A stretch of 64,000 nt of DNA, from positions 1 to 64,000 of the IMG/VR virus record IMGVR_UViG_3300043399_000297, one strand, 5' to 3'. The translations under genes were made by a program, and so were the position numbers. The notes beneath the pieces are model-generated. The model worked only from the letters and a program-made list of their open reading frames with translations, had not been told where the DNA came from and ran no database searches. Each line of letters opens with the position of its first letter. Within the stretch, counting starts at the first letter, position 1. Below, piece after piece: positions 8,048-17,116 of the stretch.

Positions 8048-11000
8048 TTAAGTTCGTGAATGTTGTAATATCTTATGGTTAGTATCGTGCGTGTCGTTCA
8101 TTACATCAATCAACTCATCTAATTTCTGTCCTAGTTGTTCAGTGAGTTGCATATTTCTCATATATACATTTTCCGTTTCAGCAGTTTTCGCGGTCATCTT
8201 ACTTGTAGTATTGATTTCTGAAATATTGTCTGCTGGTTTCTTTCCTAATTTAGCTATGATAGATTGAGGATTTAAAGAACCTATTTTGGAATCAAAATCC
8301 CCTTCCCCTTCACCGAAAATGCCGCCGTCTCTTGCTTTACTAATTTTAGTAGCCGGATCAATTGTATTAGACGAATTAGGTACAGCTAGTCCGGCCTTTT
8401 GAATAATATAGTGTAGGTGCGGCCCGGTCGATATCCCTGTACTACCCATATCACCGATATATTGTCCTTGACTTACACGGTCGCCCTCATTAACTCCATA
8501 TTTTGAAGTGTGTGTGTATACTGACTGATATCCATCATCCTGTTGAATTATGATTGCGTTTCCGAATCCAGTATAAGGGCGCCCATTATTAGTTAACTTA
8601 GTAACTATGCCTCCCTTAGCAGCACGTAAAGGTGCGCCCATTCCTTTACCGATATCTAAGCCAGTATGAAACTTCCTCGTACCAAACTTAGGATGTATTC
8701 TCATTCCATATGGGCTAGTTAATACTCCGCCCGCGACAGGGTGAATGTACCCGGCCTTTTCTTCTGCTATTGCATTTTGAGCAGCACTGGACGATGCTGC
8801 GGCATATTGTCCGGCAGCGTCAGCATAGGATTTAGAGTCCGCAGTATTTCCAGCTGCTGCTGATGCTCTTGCTTTATCTCTAGCTTCTTTAGCAAGAGTT
8901 TCATAAAATCTCGCTTTATCCTCTGATCCTAATTTATTTGCGTAATCTATAATCGCTGTTCTTCCCGATTGCATTGTAGGAGGCGGGCCTGCAGGGACTG
9001 AGGCGTTTGGACCGCTACCGGCATTTCCAGAACCGCCATCCGTACTTGCCGGGCCGCTTCCCGGAGGGGCACTGGCAGCAGCAACATTTCCTGCCAGTGC
9101 GCCCACTGTTTGAGCGTACTGTGCAAATGCCGCAGTATTTTTTTCCATATTGGGACCAAACGTCATTCTTGTAAATTTATCGAATGCGTCAATAGGACCA
9201 TCTTGTTTGGTCATAAATGAAACAATATTACCCGCAAAACTACTAAATGCATCCCACGCGCCGGGACCTCCTTTATATTCAGCCAATGCATTGGCAAAAT
9301 CTTTAAAAGCAATTGCATTATTTTTTGTTTTTATTGGATCAATAGGTAACAATGAAAAATATAAAAATTTATCTAGTGGGGGCCGCTCACCAAAAAGCTT
9401 GACTACTGCATTTGACAATGCAGATGCAACAGATCCTAATACCCCTAGTTGACCTTCGCCACGATAAGAAGACAATGCTTCTGCAAATAATTTGAATGCT
9501 GTTGCGTTTTCTTTAGCTCGCTTAGGATCTATCGGTAATTCTGAAAAATCTACAAACTTTTTGAATGGAGGTTCTTTACTAAAGAAGTTACTAACTGAAT
9601 CAGAAATCGCTATTGCGATTGATCCAACCCCTTGCATAGGTCCTGCCACTGCCATTGCCTTTGCGAAAGCTACAAAAGCGCCGGCATTATTTTCTACTTT
9701 CTGCTTATTAATATCATATGCTTGGAATTTTACAAGATTTAATCCTAACGTTTTAATAGGATCTTTATCTTCACCAAATGTAAACCATTCACCGATATTA
9801 CCCAATGCATCTAATATACCCCCGGCACCCATTGCGAGTATGCCGGCTCCCAATCCCGCCATTCCTATACCAGCTGATTTTAAGTTTTCTCCATTTACGC
9901 CATCAAACGATTTCAAACCTTCAGCTAATGAAGGCATAGATTTACCGAGTATCCAAGTCGCGCCGGCAAGGCCTGCACCAATTGCAGCAATTGCTATTCC
10001 TATCGCGCCGGCTCCAAGCGCAACGTATGCTGGGGTAGGAGGCTTACCTATGAAGGCTAAACCTTTTCCTACCCCTTCTAAAAATCCAGCTACTAGTGAG
10101 CCTCCTCCTGTAGCAGAGCCGGCTTTTGATAATCCAGAAACACCTTTACCCAAACCAGAAGGAACAGCTCCTCCTAATTTTCTAGCTCTAGAAGCTCTTG
10201 CTGCTCCACTTAGTGGTTTACCGTTTTTGTCAAGCATATCTGCTTCTGGAATTGCGGCGGGACCGGATTCACTTCCGAAAAATCTTGAAAAAATTCCTCG
10301 TTTATTAGGAGAACTGGTGCCCATTCCCTCAATTTCAGCGATAGCCGGATTGTCCGCAGTACCTAATTTTCCTTTACCCATTCCCAAAACAGACTTAATA
10401 ACGCTACCCACTGACGCAACTGTTTGGATAACCTTACCTACTGCTGCAATTCCAGCAAGTCCTGCCAAAGCAATAGCCAATCCCTTCAAAACTTTGCCAA
10501 TTGTATCTAAATTAGTAACCAAATATTCAGCAGCTTGATTTATCCGTGGCATAATCTTTAGTGCAAGTTGCACAAGATAATCAGAAACAGTTTTTAATAC
10601 GGTATCAAATTGCAGTCTTGCTGCACGTTCAGCCGCTTCTTGTTTACCGCGCTGGTCTGTTGCCCCGCCCTCTTGGTTCTTTTTCTGCTCATATGCGTCT
10701 CGCGCATCGTCTGCAATTTTTCTTAGTGTCGCTTCATCTGCATCTGCTGTCGCCGCGCGCAATTTAATTCTGCCTGCGTCAATTGCATTCTGCGCCATAA
10801 AATCTCTTGAATACTGCCCCAGACCCGTAGCTGCTTCTTTATAATTTTGATTATAATTGTCCAGTCCCTTATTTGAAGCTGCAATAAATTCTAGACGCTG
10901 ATCCATTCCCTGAGATGTTTTAGATACTATATCTAGCAAGCCCGGAATGTTTCTAACCAACGGTGCTGAACTTTCAGTTACTACTGCTTCGCCGGTGGTT

Positions 11001-12088
11001 GATAATAATTCTAGCAACCCTTTTGCATTTTCTGGACTCATTTGTGCTGCCAATGCAGCAAGACCATCCTTTGACTTAATAATATTTTCAAGTCTTAGTT
11101 TTTCGTTTTCGTCTGTTGTCGCAGCGGCTTTTGCTTTTAAACTAGCTATATATGCATTGTAATTTTCATTGGCATACGCAGCCTCGAGATTGTCTTGTTG
11201 TTGTTTAGCACTAACTCCTGTAATATTTGCCAATACATTCAAACTATCCAAATATTGCAATGATGCTTTTTGTAGTTGCTGAGGACTTTTGGTCATATCA
11301 ACACCGGTCTTAGATTGGATTTCCATATACCGAGTTTGCGATTCAATCAAATCTTCCTGAGTATAACCTAACCTACGATATTGAATTAAAGTTCTATCAC
11401 CTACTGCAATAAATTGTCCGAACTTAGTGACCCCTTCTGAAGTAGTAGTACCTAATGCCTTGAGTCCAGGTCCTAATCTAGCAGCATTTTTTGTAAATAT
11501 TTCTAGATTTTGTGACGACAGTCCTGCTTTATGCGCTAATTCCAATATACCTTCTGCACTGGACCCTATTGCTCCCCCTAATTTAGCAACATCGTCATAT
11601 CCTTTTACAACAGCATCATTGTATTTGAACGCTGCTGTCACTAAACTAGAAATAGCGCCCAATAATACAGAAGCAACTTTGCCCAAAGGACCAAAAACTT
11701 CTGCAAGGCCGCCGGCAGCTTCAGTTGCTCCTTTTACACTAGTCGCATATTTGGCCATACCAGGAGTAGTATCTATCATTGCGCCGGCAAAGCCTAACAA
11801 CGCTTTTTTACCCTCGTAAAACGATGCACTAAGTTTTCTATTTGCATCTGCTATCATTTCATTTGCAGCAGCAGCAGCTTCAGTTTTTTTATTGTTTCCA
11901 GTTATTAGGTCATTTGCGGCCTTTTCACTTTTTACTGTGTTATCAACGTTTGTACTCTGAGTTTTTAATGAGGAGTTTAAACTAGATAAATTTTTATTTT
12001 GGGCGCCCAACATATCTGCCTGTTGAGCAAGCAATTCGCTCATCACTCGGAGTTGTTCGTTTAATTGTTCTTCAAGCGCAGTGTCCAT
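8048..12088 (-). CDS. Tape-measure-like tail protein with C-terminal M23 peptidase domain
   Basis: Helical Ala/Gly-rich body with hydrophobic segments; HTGLD (HxxxD) and GPHLH (HxH) zinc-ligand motifs near 8345-8745. Confidence 0.8.
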   Translation of the reverse strand: MDTALEEQLNEQLRVMSELLAQQADMLGAQNKNLSSLNSSLKTQSTNVDNTVKSEKAANDLITGNNKKTEAAAAANEMIADANRKLSASFYEGKKALLGFAGAMIDTTPGMAKYATSVKGATEAAGGLAEVFGPLGKVASVLLGAISSLVTAAFKYNDAVVKGYDDVAKLGGAIGSSAEGILELAHKAGLSSQNLEIFTKNAARLGPGLKALGTTTSEGVTKFGQFIAVGDRTLIQYRRLGYTQEDLIESQTRYMEIQSKTGVDMTKSPQQLQKASLQYLDSLNVLANITGVSAKQQQDNLEAAYANENYNAYIASLKAKAAATTDENEKLRLENIIKSKDGLAALAAQMSPENAKGLLELLSTTGEAVVTESSAPLVRNIPGLLDIVSKTSQGMDQRLEFIAASNKGLDNYNQNYKEAATGLGQYSRDFMAQNAIDAGRIKLRAATADADEATLRKIADDARDAYEQKKNQEGGATDQRGKQEAAERAARLQFDTVLKTVSDYLVQLALKIMPRINQAAEYLVTNLDTIGKVLKGLAIALAGLAGIAAVGKVIQTVASVGSVIKSVLGMGKGKLGTADNPAIAEIEGMGTSSPNKRGIFSRFFGSESGPAAIPEADMLDKNGKPLSGAARASRARKLGGAVPSGLGKGVSGLSKAGSATGGGSLVAGFLEGVGKGLAFIGKPPTPAYVALGAGAIGIAIAAIGAGLAGATWILGKSMPSLAEGLKSFDGVNGENLKSAGIGMAGLGAGILAMGAGGILDALGNIGEWFTFGEDKDPIKTLGLNLVKFQAYDINKQKVENNAGAFVAFAKAMAVAGPMQGVGSIAIAISDSVSNFFSKEPPFKKFVDFSELPIDPKRAKENATAFKLFAEALSSYRGEGQLGVLGSVASALSNAVVKLFGERPPLDKFLYFSLLPIDPIKTKNNAIAFKDFANALAEYKGGPGAWDAFSSFAGNIVSFMTKQDGPIDAFDKFTRMTFGPNMEKNTAAFAQYAQTVGALAGNVAAASAPPGSGPASTDGGSGNAGSGPNASVPAGPPPTMQSGRTAIIDYANKLGSEDKARFYETLAKEARDKARASAAAGNTADSKSYADAAGQYAAASSSAAQNAIAEEKAGYIHPVAGGVLTSPYGMRIHPKFGTRKFHTGLDIGKGMGAPLRAAKGGIVTKLTNNGRPYTGFGNAIIIQQDDGYQSVYTHTSKYGVNEGDRVSQGQYIGDMGSTGISTGPHLHYIIQKAGLAVPNSSNTIDPATKISKARDGGIFGEGEGDFDSKIGSLNPQSIIAKLGKKPADNISEINTTSKMTAKTAETENVYMRNMQLTEQLGQKLDELIDVMNDTHDTNHKILQHSRT

Positions 12089-12094
12089 CTTTTA

Positions 12095-15000
12095 TCAAAC
12101 CCTCATTGCTCTTAATGTTTTTTGTTTAGTGTATTTGTTTTTCTTAGCAATCTCTAATACCTGATCAATCTTTGCTAACACCATGTATCTCATATCATTG
12201 TCATTTTCTATTATTTTTTCTATAGTCAATCCCAGATTTCCTATTATAGGCATCACTGGTTTATCAGATGATGAAATAATGTCTGCTAAGATTTCTTCAG
12301 TATTTTCATCTGCATTCTGTGCTAATCTACTTAATATAGAATTTTTTAATGCCGGGATAATAATTTCAGTGCCGTGCAACTCAATGGGATAACCGCCGGT
12401 AGGGCCTGAATAAAGCCCTCCTGTCCTTGCTATTCCATATCTTTTAGCCATTGTTGCAACTCTATGATCTAAGTCAGCCGTTGTAATTTTACCATCGTGC
12501 GGATTTACATCTAACCCTTTATTTGAGTTATAATATTTTTCCGGTGCTTGTGTTAATACAAAATTATTGTTCCTAGCCGGTAAAAAGATATACCCATATA
12601 ATTTACCAGGCGAAGCTCCTTGCAAATGACTGCGATGAGGAGCCAAGAAAGAATCTACATATTTCATTTGCTGTGCCCTAGGCATTCCCCTCAAGGCACC
12701 GGTTGATGTTCCCATTGCTGCGGCTGTGCTAGGCATAAACTGAATTAGGCCGGTTGCTCCTCCTTTTGGATTTGTAGCAGCAGGATTCAATCCGCTTTCA
12801 GAAGCCATCATTCCCAAAAGATTACCAGGGGCAAAACCATATTTTTGGGAAACTCTGTTAACCTCTGAGAGAAACTCTTTATCTTCTTTCCATGGTCCTC
12901 TAGCTTTTGAAATATCCAGAACATTACCTACGGAGGAAATAGCAGCGCCGGCCATTGAACCTATTGTGCTGGCCGCGGAACTAATAGCATTTCCTGCGGC
13001 AGTTGCTAATCCAACAACTGCCGAAGATATGCCGTTCCCCACTATTTTACCTAAATTCGCAGAGCCTTGTCCGGACAAAATTGACATAGCCACTGCAAAA
13101 TCAAAAAACGCTAAAGCATTTTTAGTGGCGTTGGGACCAAAATTGTATTTCGAAGGGTCACTAAATTTTTGAAAAGCTTCTATAGGACCATCCTGGCTAA
13201 ATAGGTGATTTATAGCAGTTCCTACCATAGAACTAATTTGACTAACTAAATTTCCGGTTCCCTTATAAGATGCCAACGCTTCACTAAACAATCTAAATGC
13301 TGTTGCATTTTCTTGAGTTCGCTTAATATTAATTGGCAAAAATGAGAAGTACAAAAACTGATCAACCGGAGGACGTTGTCCAAAAAATTTCACGGTTGAG
13401 TCAGATATTAATGTAGCTATTTGACCTAGAGTGCTGCCATTTCCCTTAAATGAGAACATGGCACTTGCGTAGTCACTAAATGCCATAGCATTATCTCTTA
13501 CTTTATTAACATTGATATCAAGTGCCTCAAACAATAATAGTTTGTCAAACGGCGGATTCTTTTCGAAGAAATTGCTTACTGCTCGTGCTGCGGCTGATAA
13601 TCCACTTATGCCTTTTAGTAAAGCCATTGCACCCATTGCTTTAGCAAAGGCAATTGCCGCTTCTCCACTTTGCTTAATTTTATCTGGATTTACTCCTGTC
13701 GTCATTGCTTGGAAATTAACTAATTGATCTGCCGCCTTCTCAAGAGAAGATTTTCCACCAAACAGTGTTCCTAGATTGGTAATTGCTTCTAACACGTTTC
13801 CTACACCTAGAGCAATGATTCCAAATCCTATGCCGGCCATCCCTATACCAACGCCTTTAAGATTTTGTCCATCCACTTTGTTAAATGCAGATAGACCTTC
13901 AGCAAATGTAGGTAAAGTCTTTCCTACCATCCAAGTTGCGCCGGCAATGCCGGCTCCTATTTCAGCGATTGCTGCACCTAATGCAGCGGCGCCTAGGGCA
14001 ATTTGACCTGCTGAAGCTGCTGCATTCTTAAATGCTTGCAGTATACCACTTTCATCATTAGTTACATCTTCAGCAATATCGCCACCAATGCCCAATTTAG
14101 CTAGTCGCGAATCTAAAGCTGCGCCGCCCAGGATGTTACCGTGCTTGTCTAATAAATCTTCTTTCCTAAATTTAGGTATAGTAGCGCCTGATACTTTTCC
14201 AAACAGACTAGATCCGGCGGCTAGCCTTATATGTAATTTATTTCTCCGTGAAGATCCAGGTTCTCCGCCGCGTCCTATTAAAGACAAGCCTGCATCTTTA
14301 ATAGACTTAAAAGTGTTTACTACCTTCCCAGCGATTGCAACACCAGACATTATACCTAATATAATACCTAATCCTTTTAGACCGATCTCAATTTCTGGCA
14401 TATGAGTTTTGACAAAAAGTATCGCTTGCGTAACAAGCGGAATCATTTGGTTAATTAATTCGTTTACTTTAGGGGATATAGATTGCATAACTGTATCCCA
14501 ATTCTTACGAATATCACGTTCATAACTTTCTATCTGAGAACGTTCTGCAATCGCGGTATCTTCCTGTCTCTTAGCCTCTTCTAGTTTCGCCTTTTGATCC
14601 GCAGCCATTCTTCTAAAATCAGCAACATTACCTCTACCAAATCTCGCTGCATTTTCTCTGGAGTTATTCCCTATCATATAATAATCTTGAAAGTTTCTAG
14701 ATGCAGCACCCACACTAAAGACTAAACCCTCTGTCTCAGTTTCTGACCTTCTAACCAAATCTCTATTCATTTCAAGTAAATCACCAGTTACATTTTCTCC
14801 TTTACTAAGTCGCGTCATTATACTTAAAAAATTAGGTGCCACTTGTGCTAATTGCGCACTTGAGGCTGTTAACACCGGCGGACCTTTTGTAGATGCAGTT
14901 TCTAATATAGCAGTAGCCATCTTAGGATCAAGTGCTTCAGCAAAGGTTGCCGCTTCTCTTTTAGCATCAATTAATGCTTGAATTTGATCACGTTCTACCC

Positions 15001-15985
15001 CTGTTGTAGCGTTCGCTTTATCTCGCTCTAATTCTGCAATATGGGCCCTAAAATTTTCTTGTTGCATTGCTAGGGCTAATAGATCCTGTTGTTTTTTTGC
15101 ACTTACACCGGTTATCTCCGCCAAAATGTTTAATTTATCAATGTACGCTAGTGAGGCTTTTTGCAATTGTCTAGGACTTTGAGTCATCATTGCCCCGCCT
15201 TCGGCTTGAAGCTTAGCATAATTTGCCATTGTATCTATTAATTCTTCTTGGGTATAACCCATTTTCCTATAATATTGTAAATTCTTGTCACCTACGGCAA
15301 TCATTTGCCCAAATACTTGAACACCTTGCCCTGTTGTTATTCCTAAATTTTTGATGGCAGGGCCCATATCTTCAACTGCTTTGGTCAAATATGTTAATGT
15401 TCCCGAAGACAGATTGGCTTTATGTCCTAAGTCAAGTATGCCTTCAGCACTATTTCCAATTCCGCCGCCCGCTCTAGCAACTTTATCATAACTATCTACT
15501 ATATTATCTTGGAATTTTAAAGAACTTGTTGCCACTTCGCCTATTATACCCACCAGCGACCCGGCTACTTTACCTAATGGGCCAAATATAGATAGTATGC
15601 CGCCGGCAGCTTGAGATAATCCGGTTATCCCGCCGGCATATTTACTCATTCCCGGAGTGCTATCAACTACTGAACTAGCAAAGTTTAAAATGGCATCCTT
15701 ACCTGTTCTCAGTGAGGTAGAAAATTGAGAAGACGCTTCTTCTACTAATCTAGTAGCTTCCTGTGCAGCTTGACTTTTCTTGATATTTCCGGACACTGCA
15801 ACATCGTTTGCGAGCCTTGCTTTTTGTGTATTACTAGTAGCGTTTAATTTATTTTTATTAGAAATATTTACAGAATTCAAAGCGGCGACCTGGCTAGCCA
15901 TAATATTATTTTGTTTGGCAATTAAGTCATTAATTGTAGCAATTTGATCATTCAATTGTGTTAGTAGCTCAGGATCCATTAGCAA
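12095..15985 (-). CDS. Tape-measure-like tail protein with C-terminal lytic transglycosylase (SLT/lysozyme-like) domain
   Basis: Paralog of 8048-12088; MASESGLNPAA (catalytic Glu) and GATGLIQFMP motifs near 12460-12885. Confidence 0.8.
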   Translation of the reverse strand: MLMDPELLTQLNDQIATINDLIAKQNNIMASQVAALNSVNISNKNKLNATSNTQKARLANDVAVSGNIKKSQAAQEATRLVEEASSQFSTSLRTGKDAILNFASSVVDSTPGMSKYAGGITGLSQAAGGILSIFGPLGKVAGSLVGIIGEVATSSLKFQDNIVDSYDKVARAGGGIGNSAEGILDLGHKANLSSGTLTYLTKAVEDMGPAIKNLGITTGQGVQVFGQMIAVGDKNLQYYRKMGYTQEELIDTMANYAKLQAEGGAMMTQSPRQLQKASLAYIDKLNILAEITGVSAKKQQDLLALAMQQENFRAHIAELERDKANATTGVERDQIQALIDAKREAATFAEALDPKMATAILETASTKGPPVLTASSAQLAQVAPNFLSIMTRLSKGENVTGDLLEMNRDLVRRSETETEGLVFSVGAASRNFQDYYMIGNNSRENAARFGRGNVADFRRMAADQKAKLEEAKRQEDTAIAERSQIESYERDIRKNWDTVMQSISPKVNELINQMIPLVTQAILFVKTHMPEIEIGLKGLGIILGIMSGVAIAGKVVNTFKSIKDAGLSLIGRGGEPGSSRRNKLHIRLAAGSSLFGKVSGATIPKFRKEDLLDKHGNILGGAALDSRLAKLGIGGDIAEDVTNDESGILQAFKNAAASAGQIALGAAALGAAIAEIGAGIAGATWMVGKTLPTFAEGLSAFNKVDGQNLKGVGIGMAGIGFGIIALGVGNVLEAITNLGTLFGGKSSLEKAADQLVNFQAMTTGVNPDKIKQSGEAAIAFAKAMGAMALLKGISGLSAAARAVSNFFEKNPPFDKLLLFEALDINVNKVRDNAMAFSDYASAMFSFKGNGSTLGQIATLISDSTVKFFGQRPPVDQFLYFSFLPINIKRTQENATAFRLFSEALASYKGTGNLVSQISSMVGTAINHLFSQDGPIEAFQKFSDPSKYNFGPNATKNALAFFDFAVAMSILSGQGSANLGKIVGNGISSAVVGLATAAGNAISSAASTIGSMAGAAISSVGNVLDISKARGPWKEDKEFLSEVNRVSQKYGFAPGNLLGMMASESGLNPAATNPKGGATGLIQFMPSTAAAMGTSTGALRGMPRAQQMKYVDSFLAPHRSHLQGASPGKLYGYIFLPARNNNFVLTQAPEKYYNSNKGLDVNPHDGKITTADLDHRVATMAKRYGIARTGGLYSGPTGGYPIELHGTEIIIPALKNSILSRLAQNADENTEEILADIISSSDKPVMPIIGNLGLTIEKIIENDNDMRYMVLAKIDQVLEIAKKNKYTKQKTLRAMRV

Positions 15986-16014
15986 CCTTATTTTTTTAAG
16001 TGTAGTTTTTGCCC

Positions 16015-16042
16015 ACTAAATATATGTTATAATCTATTTAGT
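16015..16042. promoter_or_regulatory. Pair of oppositely oriented late promoters ACTAAATA (+ 16015-16022; - 16035-16042)
   Basis: Same octamer on both strands in the 82-bp gap between the divergent tape-measure and gp26-like genes. Confidence 0.7.
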
Positions 16043-16067
16043 ACCGTCAAAACCAAGAGGAAATGTA

Positions 16068-16892
16068 ATGAATAATAACCCACTTAGACAATATTTTAGG
16101 AGACCGGCAGTTTACCTAAGGCTCCCTTCAGGAGGAAAAGACTATGCTGAGGGTATAATTGATTTACCAGAAAACGGAGAAATTCCGGTATACCCAATGA
16201 CCGCAATTGATGAAATTACTACGAGAACACCAGACGCATTATTCAATGGAACGGCATTAGCAGAACTCATTAAAAGCTGTATTCCAAATATCAAAGATCC
16301 ATGGGCAGTAAGCAGTAATGATATGGATGCTATATTAATATCAATCAAAGCAGCATCAGGCGGCGACACATTGGATATCGATACGGTTTGTCCTGCTTGC
16401 GAAGAATCAAATATTTACGGTATAAATTTATTGTCGATGCTTGCCAGTCTTAAACCTAGTGACTATGAAAAAGAATTAGAATCCGGTGAACTATTCATTA
16501 AATTTAAACCACTCAAGTATAAAGATATGAATGATGCTGCGATCGGTCAATTTGAACTGCAAAGAACTTTAGTCACCTTAGACAATATTGAATCAGAAGA
16601 AGAAAGAAATGCAGCAGGAAAACAAGCACTAGAGAATATCACAAATCTTACAATGGAAATACTCAGCAAGACTATCGATTATATCAAGACTCCTACTATT
16701 ATAGTCCGAGAACAGGAGTATATTCTTGATTTCTTAAGAAACTGTGATAAGAATATTTTCACTGCAATAAAAGATTTTAATACGGAACTCAAAGCTGCTA
16801 GTGAAATTAAACCAATACATATCACTTGCGCAAGCTGCGGTCACGAATACGATCAACAATTTACATTAAGTCCCGTAGATTTTTTCGAATAA
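16068..16892 (+). CDS. gp26: Baseplate hub assembly protein (gp26-like; possibly a tail assembly chaperone)
   Basis: LPSGG, PMTAIDE, two CxxC motifs (CPAC, CASC), C-terminal FF; GAGG RBS. Confidence 0.8.
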   Translation: MNNNPLRQYFRRPAVYLRLPSGGKDYAEGIIDLPENGEIPVYPMTAIDEITTRTPDALFNGTALAELIKSCIPNIKDPWAVSSNDMDAILISIKAASGGDTLDIDTVCPACEESNIYGINLLSMLASLKPSDYEKELESGELFIKFKPLKYKDMNDAAIGQFELQRTLVTLDNIESEEERNAAGKQALENITNLTMEILSKTIDYIKTPTIIVREQEYILDFLRNCDKNIFTAIKDFNTELKAASEIKPIHITCASCGHEYDQQFTLSPVDFFE

Positions 16893-16929
16893 GGCTTCTT
16901 AATTCTAGCCCCGAAGATATCCAGAAGCT
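16880..16929 (+). other. Candidate -1 ribosomal frameshift site (T TTT TTC) with downstream stem-loop
   Basis: XXXYYYZ heptamer one codon before the gp26 stop; -1 frame open for 76 codons; stem GGCTTCT (16893-16899)/AGAAGCT (16923-16929) after a 6-nt spacer. Confidence 0.65.
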
Positions 16930-17116
16930 ATTAGAACAATACGAAAAAGAAATTGAGGGGATTAAGAAGGGCGCATTAACCATGGCTTGGTATATGCGCG
17001 GCGGGGCATCATATGAGGATATCCTCAACATGTCCGACAGCGAGAGAAAGACTATTAACCAAATCATAGAAGATAATTTAGAGATAACTAAAAAGTCTCA
17101 AATGCCCTTCTTTTAA
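16886..17116 (+). CDS. gp51-like baseplate/tail assembly domain, probably expressed as a -1 frameshift extension of gp26
   Basis: WYMRGGASYEDILNMSDSERKTI resembles gp51-type small proteins; protein-like sequence begins right at the slippery site with no ATG until 16982. Confidence 0.65.
   Translation, partial: RIRLLNSSPEDIQKLLEQYEKEIEGIKKGALTMAWYMRGGASYEDILNMSDSERKTINQIIEDNLEITKKSQMPFF

Noticed and set aside
9150-14405. Long plus-strand ORFs (e.g. 9492-10538) antisense to the tape-measure genes
   Set aside because: Shadow ORFs of Ala/Gly-rich coding sequence; no RBS or motifs
16826-16885. TTG start at 16826 for the gp51-like ORF
   Set aside because: Overlaps gp26 by 67 nt, no RBS, N-terminal residues look like an off-frame read; frameshift or an internal ATG is more plausible
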